64,000 bases of DNA from an uncultured Acidobacteriota bacterium (GCA_963828465.1 CAWHEU010000025.1:1-64000), one strand, 5' to 3'; positions 20,858 through 32,470 are shown, counted from the first letter of the stretch. Numbers and translations are program-made. The notes: generated by a model from the sequence alone, not told the origin.

Positions 20858-22352
20858 GTGCCCGACGCCTTCCTCAACTACATCGACGGCAAGTGGGTGC
20901 CCGCCGCAAGCGGGGAGACCTACCTCGACACCAACCCGGCCCGGCCCGGCGAGGTGATCGGGGAGTTCCAGCGGAGCGGCCCCGAGGACGTCGATGCGGC
21001 CGTGTCGGCGGCATCGCGCGCCCAGGACGAATGGAGACACACCCCGGCGCCCCTCCGCGGCGAGATCATCGCCCGGGCCACCCGGATGCTGGTCGAGCGC
21101 AAGCCCGAGCTCGCCGAGACCATCACCAGGGAGATGGGCAAAGTGCTCGTGGACTCCGGCTACGACGTCCAGGGAGCCATTACTTCCGGGGAGTACATGT
21201 CAGGTGAGGGTCGGCGGATGTTCGGCGACACGGTGCCCTCCGGTCTCCCCAACCGCCTGGCGATGACTGTCCGCGGCCCTGTGGGCGTGGTCGGCATCAT
21301 CACGCCGTGGAATCTGCCCATGCTCATGCCGGCCTGGAAGCTGTTCCCCGCCCTCGTCTGTGGCAACACCGCCGTCGTGAAACCCGCCGAGGACACTCCA
21401 TTGTCCGCGGTGCGGCTGTTCGAGGTGCTCGAGGAGGCCGGTGTCCCCCCTGGGGTCGCCAACCTGATCACCGGATTCGGGCCGGAGGCAGGGCAGCCGC
21501 TCACGACGCACCCCGATGTCGACATGATCTCGTTCACCGGCTCGCGGGCCGTCGGCAAGCAGATCGCCGCACTGGCCGGGGCCGAGCTCAAGCACGTCTC
21601 ACTGGAGATGGGTGGGAAGAACGCCCTCGTCGTCCTCGACGATGCCGACCTCGGCGAGGCTGTGACAGGGGCGCTTTGGGGAGGTTTCTCTACGACCGGG
21701 CAGAGATGCACGGCCAGCAGTCGCCTGGTTGTCGACAGCCGCGTTGCCGACGAGGTGGTCGAGAGGCTGGTGGATGGCATGAGCTCCCTGGTGGTTGGCG
21801 ACGGACTCGACCCGGAGACGAAAGTCGGCCCGTTGATCAACGCGAAGCAACTCGAACGCGTCCATTCCTACACGGGCATCGGCGTCGAGGAGGGTGCCGA
21901 CCTCGTCGTAGGTGGGGAGAAGCTGGACGAATCCCTCGGGGGGCACTTCTACGCGCCCACGCTCTTCGACCATGCCACACCGGACATGCGGATCGCTCAA
22001 GAGGAGATCTTCGGACCGACCATCACCGTGATCCGGGTCGACGGGGACGAAGAGGCCATTTCGGTCGCCAACGGGACGCGTGTATGGCCTCTCGGCGGCG
22101 GTCTATACGCGTGACACCGCACGAGCGTTGCGGGCGGTCAGCGAGTTGGAGGCGGGACTCGTCTACCTGAATGCCCCGACGATCGGCTCGGAGATCCACT
22201 TGCCGTTCGGAGGGGTGAAGGACACCGGCAACGGGCACCGGGAGTCGGGAACCGCGGCCATCGAGCAATTCACCGAGATAAAGACCGTCTTCCTCGACTT
22301 CAGTGGCACGCTGCAGCGAGCCCACATCGACGAGCCCACCAGCCCCGACTGA
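20858..22352 (+). CDS. Aldehyde dehydrogenase; +1 frameshift near 22079
   Basis: ITPWN, SFTGS, LEMGGKN, GQRCTA, QEEIFGP; the C-terminus YGLSAAVY...PFGGVKDTG lies in the 22080-22352 frame. Confidence 0.9.
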
Positions 22353-22383
22353 CGGCCGGCGTTCGATCCCAGGGCTTGGACCT

Positions 22384-23086
22384 TCAGCGGTTGGTGCGGT
22401 CCCGATAGTCGTCGAGGATCGTCGCAGTGGCCGTGGCCCCACAGCGGTCTGCGCCGGCCTCGATCACAGCCAGCAAGGCATCGAGAGTCCGCACTCCATG
22501 AGCTGCCTTGACCTTCATCCGTGGGCCCGTGTTCGCCCTCATGAGACGGAGATCTTCGATGGTCGCCCCGGTCGGCGCGTAGCCGGTGGAGGTCTTCACG
22601 TAATCGGCCCCTGCCGCTTCGGTCAGGTGGCAAGCCCTGACCTTCTGCTCGTCGGTGAGGTAGGCATTTTCGAAGATCACCTTCACGAGGGCCGCTCCCG
22701 GAGGCATCGACGACGGCGGCGATGTCAGCCTGCACCTCCTCATCATGCCCGGAGAGAAGCCAGCCGATGTTGAGAACCATGTCGAGCTCGACAGCGCCAT
22801 CTTCCAAGGCTTTCTCGGCCTCGGCGACCTTGGTCGAGGTGGTCGAATCGCCGTGAGGGAAGGACACGACCGTCCCGACCGCGACCCCGGTGCCGGTCAA
22901 CTCCGATGCCGCGAGCGCCACGTCGGCGGGGCGAACACACACCGAGACGACCTGATAGTCCGCGGCGAGCTTGCACCCGGCCCTGATGTCGTCGCTGGTG
23001 AGCGTGGGCTTGAGCAGGGAATGGTCGATGGTCCCGGCCAGCTGGGCATATGTGACGTCGTCAACGGTCAGTGAGATCGGCTCCAT
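22384..23086 (-). CDS. deoC: Deoxyribose-phosphate aldolase; frameshift near 22698
   Basis: IDHSLLKP, SVCV, VVSFPHG, ELDMV, then VKVIFE, YVKTSTGY, VKAAHGVR in a second frame. Confidence 0.9.
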
Positions 23087-23100
23087 CGTCCGAAGTGTGG

Positions 23101-24054
23101 TCACTTCACCGTCGAATGCCCAGACGACCAATCGAGGACGCGCAACGCACCAAGAGTGATCCAGCGACTGGGCTGGCCCTCCCCATCGTCGATATCGAAA
23201 TGAACCTCACCGGGGTACGAGTAATGCATGGTCCAGCGTCCATCCTCGCCACGTCTCTCATGGATCAACTCGATGGCCTCGGCGCATCGCCCATCGGGCG
23301 CGACACCGGCACTCCGCAAGTAGTCCAGCCCTCTCAACACGTCGTAATGCCACCAGGTCGGGAAGAAGAAATAGGTCCACGCCGGATCCACCACCTCCCC
23401 GGTGGAGAGCCGATGGAACATGCGACGCTCGAGGAGGTACTCCTGACCCCTCAGGCGGGCCTCCGTTGTGTCAGTGGTGCCGGTCGCGCGCTCGTGCTCG
23501 AGAAAGCCCTCCAGAATGTTGATCGTGGTGTGAAACGACGACCGCGTCGAGCCGTTCTCTGCCTCGCAGTTCCAACCTCCATCGGGTAGCTGCTCACCGA
23601 GTAGCCGGTCGACCAGACCATGGACGTCCTGGCCGAAGTAGGAGCCCACGGCCACGACCCGGCCGTTGATGCACGGCTCCACCTCGCCGGCGAAATACGG
23701 ATTCTCGGCCCACGGGGCGTCCGGATGGTCGTTCCACCTGACCTTCTCCCGCACCAAGCTCACTGCAGATCGGGCCTGCTCGCCGGCCGGGTCGAGTCCC
23801 ATGATTCGCAGCAGGGTCAGGGTGTTGGTCGTCGATGTCCACTTCGGTTGATAGGTGCCACCGGCCCACTGCCCGTTGACGTCCTGGAGGGAGAGGAGCC
23901 GGGCTCCCCATCCTTCGGTGGCGACCTTGGAACGTTCGGCAGCGACCATGTCCGCCGGCTCATCGGTGAGGTCTCGCATCACCTGCCAGCGGATCGATGG
24001 GTCGGAGTCGAGCAGCCAGTCGATCGTGGCCTGGGGATTGTCAGTTGAAGTCAT
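23101..24054 (-). CDS. Conserved hypothetical protein with terpene cyclase/prenyltransferase-like QW motifs
   Basis: WLLDSDPSIRWQV; QDVNGQW, QLPDGGWNCE and EDGRW repeats. Confidence 0.7.
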   Translation of the reverse strand: MTSTDNPQATIDWLLDSDPSIRWQVMRDLTDEPADMVAAERSKVATEGWGARLLSLQDVNGQWAGGTYQPKWTSTTNTLTLLRIMGLDPAGEQARSAVSLVREKVRWNDHPDAPWAENPYFAGEVEPCINGRVVAVGSYFGQDVHGLVDRLLGEQLPDGGWNCEAENGSTRSSFHTTINILEGFLEHERATGTTDTTEARLRGQEYLLERRMFHRLSTGEVVDPAWTYFFFPTWWHYDVLRGLDYLRSAGVAPDGRCAEAIELIHERRGEDGRWTMHYSYPGEVHFDIDDGEGQPSRWITLGALRVLDWSSGHSTVK

Positions 24055-24082
24055 TGCCGTCGACTGTAGGCGAGGACCCGGA

Positions 24083-24814
24083 TCAGCTTCCCCCGAAGGG
24101 CGATCCGGCCAGGAACTCCTCGACCTCAGGTCGGGAGATCAGCTCACCTTGCGTCTGCAGGTTGCAGAATCCAATGGAGCCCATGAGGTTCAACACGAGC
24201 CATTGCTCAGGGAGAGGAAGGTCGACGAAGGCCACTCCCCCGGCGACGACATCCTCGAAGGTTGCGACGTCTGTCTGACACTCACCGGTCGACTGTCTCT
24301 CGCCGAGTGTCTCGTTCATGGCCAGGATTGCGGCGAAGTAGCCGACCGCCCCTGGAGCCTCCTGCTCTGCGACCTCGAGAAACAGAGCCACGCCCTCTTC
24401 TTCGCTCACGTCGACGTCCACCTCCACGTTCTCACACGCCGCGGTGTCCCCAATCGAGGTCCCGGCCAATGACGTCATGACCTGGATGTGATCCATGATG
24501 GTGGCCGTCTCCCAGTCGATGCCCTCGACCGCCGGCTCGAAGACCTGAAGGATCGCCGAGATCTCGGCCAAGCATTCCGGCGGGATGTCCTCGATGCTCG
24601 CCCCTTGTTCGCCGGCCGTTGTCGTCGTCTCTGCCGCGGCGGTTGTCGTGGTCTCTGCCATGGTGGTGGCCTCTTCGACGACGGACGTCGTGGTCCCATC
24701 TGCGTCAGGACCGGTGGTGGTGGCGGTGTCTCCTGCCCCGCCCACGCACGCGGCCAACATCAGTGTCATGACGATGGAAACAGGCATAGCCTTGCGAAAG
24801 CCGGCCTTCAGCAC
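24083..24814 (-). CDS. Hypothetical lipoprotein
   Basis: Lipobox LAAC, TTTAA-rich linker, four Cys in the mature domain; GAGG RBS before GTG 24814. Confidence 0.7.
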   Translation of the reverse strand: MLKAGFRKAMPVSIVMTLMLAACVGGAGDTATTTGPDADGTTTSVVEEATTMAETTTTAAAETTTTAGEQGASIEDIPPECLAEISAILQVFEPAVEGIDWETATIMDHIQVMTSLAGTSIGDTAACENVEVDVDVSEEEGVALFLEVAEQEAPGAVGYFAAILAMNETLGERQSTGECQTDVATFEDVVAGGVAFVDLPLPEQWLVLNLMGSIGFCNLQTQGELISRPEVEEFLAGSPFGGS

Positions 24815-24895
24815 GAGTCCTCTCCCTCTTTGGCAGTTCAAATCCGAGACTATTCAGCTCCCGTGAAGGCAGGATGAAGACGATGCTTCCCGCGG

Positions 24896-25775
24896 CTACT
24901 TCCGGGTAGCGATCCTCGCCATGGCACCCTCCCAACCGGCATCGAAAGACTTTCCCGGCTCGTCGAGGTCGACAACCAGCGGGGCATGGTCGGATGGAGT
25001 GGGCTTTCCCTTGCGAGCTTCCCGATCGATCTCGGCCCAGACCACTCTCTCGGCCACAGGCTGGGTGACGTAGAGGAGATCGATCCGCATTCCCTGGTTT
25101 CGTTGGAACATCCCAGCTCGATAGTCCCACCAGGAGAAGCGGCCCGCTTCGGGGCGGCAGATCCGAAAAGCGTCGACCAGGCCCCACTCACGAAGACGTG
25201 CCAGGGCTTCACGCTCCTCGGCCGAGACATGGGTCCCGCCGTGCGCCTTCTCCGGGTCCCACACATCCTCGTTGGCCGGGGTGACGTTGAGATCGCCACC
25301 GAGCACCACTGGCTCATCCGGCGTCAGCTCCTCGGCCACCCACTCATGGACTCGTGCTAGCCAACGCAACTTGCCCTCGAAGAACGGCGATCCCACAACC
25401 CGACCGTTGGGGGCATACAGGCTGACGAACCTGATCCCAGCGCATGTCGCGCTCAGCATCCGGGCTTCGTCAAACGGATCGAAGTCCTCCTCCGCCTGGC
25501 TCCGGCCCCGGCTGTCCCGGACCGGGCCGTCGCCGAAGTTGGTGACCACCTCCGAGATCCCGACCCGTGAGGCGATGGCCACTCCGTTCCATCGTCCCCT
25601 CCCCGTGATGGGCCACGTCGTATCCAGCCGCCTGGAGAATCAGATGCGGGAAGTCATCGTCGGCCAGCTTGGTCTCTTGCATGAGGAACACGTCGGGCGC
25701 AGCCCGGTCCAACCACTTCTCAACGGCCTCCAGTCGAGCCTTCAGCGAGTTCACATTCCAGGTGGCGACACGCAT
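24896..25775 (-). CDS. xth: Exodeoxyribonuclease III; frameshift near 25598
   Basis: MRVATWNVNS, MQETK, SLYAPNG, GGDLNV, FSWWDYR, MRID, PSDHAP. Confidence 0.92.
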
Positions 25776-25809
25776 CGTTCAATTGTGGCCGTGCCTGAAT
25801 CGTCTGTCG

Positions 25810-26419
25810 TCAGTCCGACCCGAACGTCCCGGTGACGATCTCGCCTGCGGACCGGTACGTGCCCATCACGACTCCGGTGCTGGATATCTGGCCATCGACC
25901 AGCTCGAGCCCAGCGGGGATGGTGCCTTCGCCGAAGAGGCGCTTCCCCGATCCGACGACGAGAGGAGCTATCCAAAGGCGGAACTCGTCGATGAGGTCGT
26001 GAGGCAACAACGTCTGGATCAGATTCCCGCTGCCATGACACCAGCTCGGGCCCGTCCTGCTCCTTGAGGTCAGCGAGGCCGTCGGCGGGATTTCCCTCGA
26101 TGAGAACCGAGTTGCTCCATGCGAGCGTGGGCTGACTCCGCGACGCGACGTATTTGGTTGCTTCGTTGTAGATCTGGCCGCCCGCCTCCTCGGGGGCGTC
26201 GGGCCAGAACGCGGCCATGATGTCGTAGGTCCGACGTCCCAGGACCATGGCAAACGGGTTGCTCGTCGCTTCGCCCATTACCTGATCCGCCTGCTCGTTC
26301 CAATAGTTGACCAACCAGCCGCCGTGGGTGAACCCGCCGCTGGCATCCTCCTCGGGTCCGCCGGGAGCCTGCATGACCCCGTCGAGCGTCAAGAACGTCT
26401 GAACGATCAGCTTTCTCAT
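25810..26419 (-). CDS. Dihydrofolate reductase-like (RibD C-terminal) protein; frameshift near 26040
   Basis: MRKLIVQTFLTLDGVMQAPGG, LGRRTY, then HGSGNLIQTL, IDEFRL, GSGKRLF. Confidence 0.85.
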
Positions 26420-26565
26420 CTCGCTGTCCTTTCGATCGGGTCTATCCCCGATTCTCTTCATGTCAGTATTAGACGGCCCCGCGAGACCAGTCTCATCGGT
26501 GTGGTGGACCACTCGACCCCCACTGTTTCTCCACACGCGCCCGTGCTATCGTGCGTTTCCGGTCA

Positions 26566-26577
26566 GCAATCGATTGC
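26566..26577. promoter_or_regulatory. LacI-type operator, class B (GCAATCGATTGC)
   Basis: Perfect palindrome upstream of the ABC ATPase genes; identical copy at 51995. Confidence 0.7.
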
Positions 26578-26691
26578 GCAATGGAAGGGCACAGGGAGGA
26601 CGGCGGTGAAGGCAGCTAGCCGGTGGTCGCATGACATACTGGTCGGCGTGACCTCGATCGGCGCTAGGGATTGGCCGCACGGGGTGCGGTC

Positions 26692-27909
26692 GTGACCACG
26701 AGTCACGTCGACATCGACACCACACAGGACCGAGCCACCCAGCCCCTGGTGGCATCGGTCCGGGATCTCAAGGTCTATTTCCAGGCCAAGGCGGGGGTGG
26801 TGCACGCCGTGGATGGCGTCTCCTTCGACATACGCGATGGCGAGACCCTCGGGCTGGTCGGCGAGACCGGCTGTGGCAAGAGTGTGACCGCTCGCTCCTT
26901 CATCCGTCTCGTGCCGAGCCCTCCCGGGATCTACGCAGGCGGTGAGATCGATTTCTGGTCGACCGAGGCACGCAAGAACGGCATGGGTCCGATCGACCTC
27001 CTCCAGATTCCCCATGACGAGATGCTCGAGATCCGCGGAGATCGGATCGCGATGATCTTCCAGGACCCGGGCAAGGCGCTCAACCCGGCCCTCTCGATAC
27101 GGAGCCAGGTCGCAGAGGTCTTCTACCAGCACCGTTCCGAGGACATCCTCGAGCCCTTGGGTGGTGAGAACGCGCCCCTTCTCATCCGCCGCGCCGCCCG
27201 TCAGCAGTCGAACAGCTTCGAGCGATTCCTGCTCAAGCTCCCTCCGTGGCGGGCCAAGACAGAAAAGTTGAGAGAGCGAGTCAACGTGTTCGTCGCCGAC
27301 GCCCTCAAAGAGACCCAGATCCCCAATCCACGGGCGATCATGGACAACTATCCCCACGAGCTGTCGGGCGGGATGAAACAGCGAGTGCTCATCGCCCAGG
27401 CCCTGGCCTGCAATCCCGACCTGCTGATCGCCGACGAGCCCACGACAGCGCTGGATGTGACCATTCAGGCGAGGATCCTCGAGCTGATCGCCGAGTTGCA
27501 GCAGCGTCTCGAGACGTCGGTGCTCTATATCAGCCACGACCTCTCGCTGGTCAAGGAGATCTGCGATCGCGTGGCCGTCATGTATGCCGGGCGGATAGTC
27601 GAGACAGGGACAACCGAGGAGGTGTTCAGCGATCCCAAGCACCCCTACACGAGAGGTCTCATGGCCGCCGTCCCATCCGCCCTCCACAAGAGGGGCGAGC
27701 TCGCAGCGATCGAGGGAACGGTCCCTGAACTGGTCGACCCGCCCCCGGCATGCCGGTTCAATACCCGCTGCCCCTTCGCCGTCGAGATATGCCGAACCAC
27801 CGACCCGGGGCTGGTGATGGTGGGGGCGGAGCACACGGTTGCATGCTTCGCCTACGACACGAGTGATGGCTCCGTCGTCTTACCCACGCTGACCCGGTGG
27901 GTCTCATGA
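26692..27909 (+). CDS. Dipeptide/oligopeptide ABC ATPase (DppD/OppD-like)
   Basis: [35 protein letters not shown]-terminal CRFNTRC...C...C. Confidence 0.92.
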   Translation: MTTSHVDIDTTQDRATQPLVASVRDLKVYFQAKAGVVHAVDGVSFDIRDGETLGLVGETGCGKSVTARSFIRLVPSPPGIYAGGEIDFWSTEARKNGMGPIDLLQIPHDEMLEIRGDRIAMIFQDPGKALNPALSIRSQVAEVFYQHRSEDILEPLGGENAPLLIRRAARQQSNSFERFLLKLPPWRAKTEKLRERVNVFVADALKETQIPNPRAIMDNYPHELSGGMKQRVLIAQALACNPDLLIADEPTTALDVTIQARILELIAELQQRLETSVLYISHDLSLVKEICDRVAVMYAGRIVETGTTEEVFSDPKHPYTRGLMAAVPSALHKRGELAAIEGTVPELVDPPPACRFNTRCPFAVEICRTTDPGLVMVGAEHTVACFAYDTSDGSVVLPTLTRWVS

Positions 27910-29348
27910 CATCCGTGACTGCCGAACAAGGAGGACAGCCGCCGGCGGCAGCCCAACGGGCGGTCATATCGGTGCGCGGGGTCGAGAAGTACTTCCCGAT
28001 CAAGGAAGGCACCCTGCAGAGGGTGGTGGGCAATGTGCGGGCGGTCGACGGTGTCTCCTTCGAGGTTCGTCCCGGCGAGACCATGGGTCTCGTCGGTGAG
28101 TCGGGATGTGGCAAGACCACGCTCGGCCGCTGCATCAGCGGCCTGGCGCCGCCGACCGGAGGCAAGATCTATTTCAGGCTCCCCGACGAGGACGCCGCCA
28201 CGCTCGACTTGATCGACCCCATCCCGGAGGCCGATCGCACTGTGCAGCAACGCAAGCAGGTAGAGCGGATCGACGCGAATCACCGCGTGGACGTGATGTC
28301 GGGAAAGGCATGGCGGACGTATCGGCGCAACTGCCAGATCGTCTTCCAGGATTCCTTCAGCTCGCTCAACCCGAGACAGCTGGTCAAGGACCTCGTGGGC
28401 CGGCCCCTCCAAGTCCACAAGGAGGCATCCGGCCAGGAGCTCATCGAGCGTGTCGTGTCCCTGCTGGAGAGCGTCGGTCTCGGTCGCCAGCACCTCTACC
28501 GCTACCCCCATCAATTCTCCGGGGGTCAGCGACAACGGATCTCTATCGCTCGAGCCCTCGCCCTCGACCCCGAGTTCATCGTCCTCGACGAGCCGACGAG
28601 CGCTCTCGATGTCTCGGTGCAGGCCCAGATCCTCAACCTACTTCACGAACTGCAGAAGGATCGTGGTCTTACTTACCTGTTCATCAGTCACGACCTCGGC
28701 GTCGTGAGGCTGATGAGCGATCGGATCGCCGTCATGTACCTGGGCAAGGTCGCTGAATACGGCACTGCCAGCGAGCTCTTCGAAGACCCCCGTCACCCGT
28801 ACACCGACGCTCTCCTCGCCGCCAACCCCGACATCCGCGCAGAGGTCTCCGTGATGAAGGGCCTCAAGGGTGCGGTACCCAATCCGGCCAACCCGCCGGA
28901 AGGCTGTCGCTTCCATACCCGGTGCCCGGTGGCTACCCCGGCCTGTGGGTGGGAGGTCGACGACGCAGTGGCGTGGCTCCAGGCCCGTGAGTTACTGGCA
29001 GCGGGTCTCGCCGACGTGCGGCGCCGATCGAACTTCGACGCCACATTGGTTTTCCACGACGAGGAGTCGGCGTCCGCGGTGGTTAGGGCAATTCAAGATG
29101 GTGATATGCCGCCGGCCATGAAGGCGGCGCTCGAGACAGTGACCACCGATGGCAGCAGCCTGGACATCAGGTTCTTCCCGGTGGAACCAGTCGAGCTCGA
29201 GGATGTCGGTGACGGACATCTGACCGCCTGCCTGCTCCACACCGAGCGACGCCATCAGACCTGGCCCCCTCAGTCGAGCGCCGATAACAGCAGCCGAACG
29301 GCAGCGAACCCCAGCAGCGCGAGCACGAGAAACTCGAGTACCCGCTGA
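27906..29348 (+). CDS. Dipeptide/oligopeptide ABC ATPase (DppF/OppF-like) with insertions
   Basis: [36 protein letters not shown]. Confidence 0.9.
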   Translation: MTSVTAEQGGQPPAAAQRAVISVRGVEKYFPIKEGTLQRVVGNVRAVDGVSFEVRPGETMGLVGESGCGKTTLGRCISGLAPPTGGKIYFRLPDEDAATLDLIDPIPEADRTVQQRKQVERIDANHRVDVMSGKAWRTYRRNCQIVFQDSFSSLNPRQLVKDLVGRPLQVHKEASGQELIERVVSLLESVGLGRQHLYRYPHQFSGGQRQRISIARALALDPEFIVLDEPTSALDVSVQAQILNLLHELQKDRGLTYLFISHDLGVVRLMSDRIAVMYLGKVAEYGTASELFEDPRHPYTDALLAANPDIRAEVSVMKGLKGAVPNPANPPEGCRFHTRCPVATPACGWEVDDAVAWLQARELLAAGLADVRRRSNFDATLVFHDEESASAVVRAIQDGDMPPAMKAALETVTTDGSSLDIRFFPVEPVELEDVGDGHLTACLLHTERRHQTWPPQSSADNSSRTAANPSSASTRNSSTR

Positions 29349-30010
29349 TTCAGCCGGCGCCCGATGCGAATGCCGATCGCCGTCATGACGGTCACGGGGA
29401 CGATGGCCCACAACGCCTGAACGGTTCGCTCCGGGGTGAAGGCTCCGAGGATCACCAGGGTCACCAACTGGATCACTCCGAAGACCTGGAAGGTGAGGCT
29501 CATCATGTGGATGAACGACGGGCGGCCGAGACGGATGGCGTGCATGTAGGTCGCGATGAGAGGTCCTGCAGTCCCGGTGGCACCGAGGAGTCCTCCTCCC
29601 ACCAGGCCCATGGGGGCGGCCATCCGGCGAGCGGTCTCCCGCTCCAGCACGAAATGGGGGTCCGCCAGGTGGCGCCAGATGTATCCCAGGATCACAACGG
29701 CGATGATCGCCGAGAGGATCCGATCGTCCACCTCAGTGAGGAGCCAGGTCCCCGCGATGGTCGCCGGGATACCGACGATCAGGAACGGCGTCATTACGAA
29801 CCCTGTGCCGCGGCCGCCGGCGCGGTGCTCCCATAGCAACCAGCCGTTGGACACCAGGTTCCCCAGGGACAGGACCACCACAGCCAGTTCCACACTGGCG
29901 ATTCCGGCGATGAAGGGCACCGCCAGAAGCGGCCCGCCGATGCCGGTCACGCCTTTGATCAAATAGGCCCCCGCGATCACCAGGATCACGAGAACCGCTT
30001 CGGTGGTCAC
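29270..30010 (-). CDS. TauE/SafE (TSUP) family membrane protein
   Basis: IKGVTGIGG and LLGATGTAGP repeats; multiple hydrophobic helices. Confidence 0.85.
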   Translation of the reverse strand: MTTEAVLVILVIAGAYLIKGVTGIGGPLLAVPFIAGIASVELAVVVLSLGNLVSNGWLLWEHRAGGRGTGFVMTPFLIVGIPATIAGTWLLTEVDDRILSAIIAVVILGYIWRHLADPHFVLERETARRMAAPMGLVGGGLLGATGTAGPLIATYMHAIRLGRPSFIHMMSLTFQVFGVIQLVTLVILGAFTPERTVQALWAIVPVTVMTAIGIRIGRRLNQRVLEFLVLALLGFAAVRLLLSALD

Positions 30011-30075
30011 TGGCTAGGCCGGTCCGAGATCGCGGTCGCCTCGACTCGCTGCCGATGCGCAGCCGACAGGCAGGT

Positions 30076-30564
30076 CTACCCCAGCGCCTTCGTGAGGTCC
30101 GGCGGGTTGGCTCCGATCGCCCGCAGGAGCCCGAGCTCGTCCCCGAAGTACCAGGCCTCGGCGATGACGCCATCTTCGACACGCCACAGGCCGACCTCGA
30201 CCACGTCTATGTGTTCACCGGTGGCCGGGATCCCATACAGCGATCCGGTGTGGGTCCCGACCACGCGAAATATCCCCCAAACCTTGTCGTTCTTGGCCGT
30301 GAGGTCGAGGAGAACGTTCTCACGGTCCCTCATCGACTCGTCGTCCATGCCCTTGGGACCCTCGCTCTCCCAGAGATCGCCGATGTGGGTGAAGCCGGCG
30401 CGGTGGCGCTTGAAGCCAGGAGCCAGGAAAGGGCCACGCTCCGATACCTTCGCCACCCGGTAGGCGGCCACTACCGCAAGGGCCTTCGCCTCCTCCTCTG
30501 TGCAAGTGCACTCGCTGGAGCCGAATATCGAGATGTGCGGATGTTCCACGAGGGCCACGATCAC
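30076..30564 (-). CDS. SnoaL-like / ester cyclase family protein
   Basis: GTHTGSLYGIPATG...WRVEDGVIAEAWYFGDELGLLRAIG. Confidence 0.8.
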   Translation of the reverse strand: MIVALVEHPHISIFGSSECTCTEEEAKALAVVAAYRVAKVSERGPFLAPGFKRHRAGFTHIGDLWESEGPKGMDDESMRDRENVLLDLTAKNDKVWGIFRVVGTHTGSLYGIPATGEHIDVVEVGLWRVEDGVIAEAWYFGDELGLLRAIGANPPDLTKALG

Positions 30565-31613
30565 AGCTCCACGATGGGTCGGACCGCCTCACGAGACTCG
30601 AGTGCGGCGAGGGCATCACCTACGGATTCGAGCGGATACACATGTGTGACCAGCGGGCTCAAGTCCACCTTGCCCGAGCGCATGAGAGCGATCATCGCCG
30701 GATACGCGTTTGGGCTGGATCGAATCCCCATGAGGTCTACCTCGTCGAGAGTGAGACGATCGACATCGATCTCGGACGGCTTGCCGCCGGTGAGTCCGAG
30801 CAGAGCGATCCTGCCGCCGCGGCGAACTGCGCCAATGGCCTGAGCAGGCACGTCCGGGTTTCCCGTGCAGTCGAAGACGTAATCGACCCCGCGCCCTCCG
30901 GTGAGACGACGCACTCCGGCGGCCGGGTCCTCCTTCTCGTAATCCACTACGTCGTCACAGCCCATCTTGGCGGCAAGGTCGAGTCTGCTACCCCGCCCGA
31001 CCATGATCAGTTGCGCAGCCCCTGAGGCCGACGCCACAGCCGCGGTGAGAAGGCCGAGGAGACCTGGTCCGAAGACCGCCACACTCGACCCGGGCAGGAA
31101 TTCGACCCTTCGCAGGGCATGCACCGTGAGCGACCCTTGATTCACCAGCGCCCCCTCCAGAGGACTGACCGAGTCGGGCAGCTTGTGCAGCATCTGGGCA
31201 GGTCTGACGGCGAATTCGGCCAACGCACCCGGGGCGGTGTGTCCATACAGGCGATACCCCGGAGTACCCGATTTCTCGCATAGGTTGTACCTCCCCTGAC
31301 GGCACATGGGACACCGACCACAACCGACGTGGTTCTCGGCCACCACCTTGTCGCCAGGCTGCAGCTCCAGATCGTCGAGACCCTCGCCGAGGGCAACCAC
31401 CTCCCCCGACCACTCATGGCCCATGACGAAGGGCAATGACGGGGGCCAGCCACGCTTCTCGAAGGCACCGTGGACCATCTTCAGGTCGGTGCCGCACAGA
31501 CCGCATGCCCTCACCCTGAGCAGGACCTCGCCCGCTTCCGGTTCGGGGACATCGACGTCCTCCACCGAGAGGTCGTTCCATCCCTTCAACACTGCGGCCC
31601 GCATGGTGGTCAC
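30561..31613 (-). CDS. Zn-dependent medium-chain alcohol dehydrogenase (sorbitol/threonine DH-like)
   Basis: GLCGTD, GHEWSG, CGRCPMC...C structural Zn site, GPGLLG. Confidence 0.9.
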   Translation of the reverse strand: MTTMRAAVLKGWNDLSVEDVDVPEPEAGEVLLRVRACGLCGTDLKMVHGAFEKRGWPPSLPFVMGHEWSGEVVALGEGLDDLELQPGDKVVAENHVGCGRCPMCRQGRYNLCEKSGTPGYRLYGHTAPGALAEFAVRPAQMLHKLPDSVSPLEGALVNQGSLTVHALRRVEFLPGSSVAVFGPGLLGLLTAAVASASGAAQLIMVGRGSRLDLAAKMGCDDVVDYEKEDPAAGVRRLTGGRGVDYVFDCTGNPDVPAQAIGAVRRGGRIALLGLTGGKPSEIDVDRLTLDEVDLMGIRSSPNAYPAMIALMRSGKVDLSPLVTHVYPLESVGDALAALESREAVRPIVEL

Positions 31614-32392
31614 GAACTTCCTCCGGCTTCGGGGGCCCGCTCCGCCAGGCTCTTCCACACCTCATCCACCTCACTCACGATGTGCTCGGCCACCGCGTCG
31701 ATGATCTCTCCAGCACGCTCCTCGGTGATCGAGTCGGGTGTTCCATACCAGCCCTCGGCCGCCACCTCCCTGAAATCCTTCATGATGGGAAACACGTCGC
31801 GACGCCGGAAGAGCGCGTGTCCATCTGTGGCCCGGTCGATCGCAGCACCGTCCACCTCCCCGCCCAGCCTCACCAGCGCGGGATCGTGAGCCAGGATCGC
31901 CGCCGTCTCCATCGACCCGGCATGGGTGAACTCCATCTCGTCGGGGAACAGCGCGTTGGTGATCACATGCGACTCGGCGACGATCACACGCAAGGGAAGC
32001 TTCTGCTGGGCCCGGTCGGCGCCCAGTCGGATCGCGGTGGAGTTGCCCTCGTGCCAGTTGACGATGAGAACCCTCACCACGCCGGCATTGGCCAACCCCT
32101 CGCAGACCTCCACCAGGAGCGTCGCCAAAGTATCAGGACTTATGCTCAAGGATCCCGGCCAGGGAAGGTGATAGGACGCCACGCCCACCGGGGAGATGGG
32201 CACTACCGGAGCCTCGAGTCGCTCACCGACGCGGAGGGCGATGGTGAGGGCGGCAAAGGCATCCGTGCCCAGGGGGAGATGACCCCCGTGCTGCTCGATG
32301 CTGCCCGTCACCAGCACGGCCGTCCCCCGACCCAAGGCGTCCTGTGCTTCGGGTTGGGTCATATTGGCGAGAAGCATGTGCTCGCGGCTCAC
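31610..32392 (-). CDS. Creatininase family amidohydrolase
   Basis: GSIEQHGGHLPLGTD, NWHEGN, HAGSMET. Confidence 0.88.
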   Translation of the reverse strand: MSREHMLLANMTQPEAQDALGRGTAVLVTGSIEQHGGHLPLGTDAFAALTIALRVGERLEAPVVPISPVGVASYHLPWPGSLSISPDTLATLLVEVCEGLANAGVVRVLIVNWHEGNSTAIRLGADRAQQKLPLRVIVAESHVITNALFPDEMEFTHAGSMETAAILAHDPALVRLGGEVDGAAIDRATDGHALFRRRDVFPIMKDFREVAAEGWYGTPDSITEERAGEIIDAVAEHIVSEVDEVWKSLAERAPEAGGSS

Positions 32393-32428
32393 GTTTCCGT
32401 CTCCGATCCTGACCGTCAGCGGCGTTGC

Positions 32429-32440
32429 ACAAACGGTTGT
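32429..32440. promoter_or_regulatory. LacI-type operator, class B (ACAAACGGTTGT)
   Basis: In the short gap between the LacI stop and the creatininase start. Confidence 0.65.
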
Positions 32441-32470
32441 TCAGAGAGTAGCCCTCAGACGGTTGGGCTG

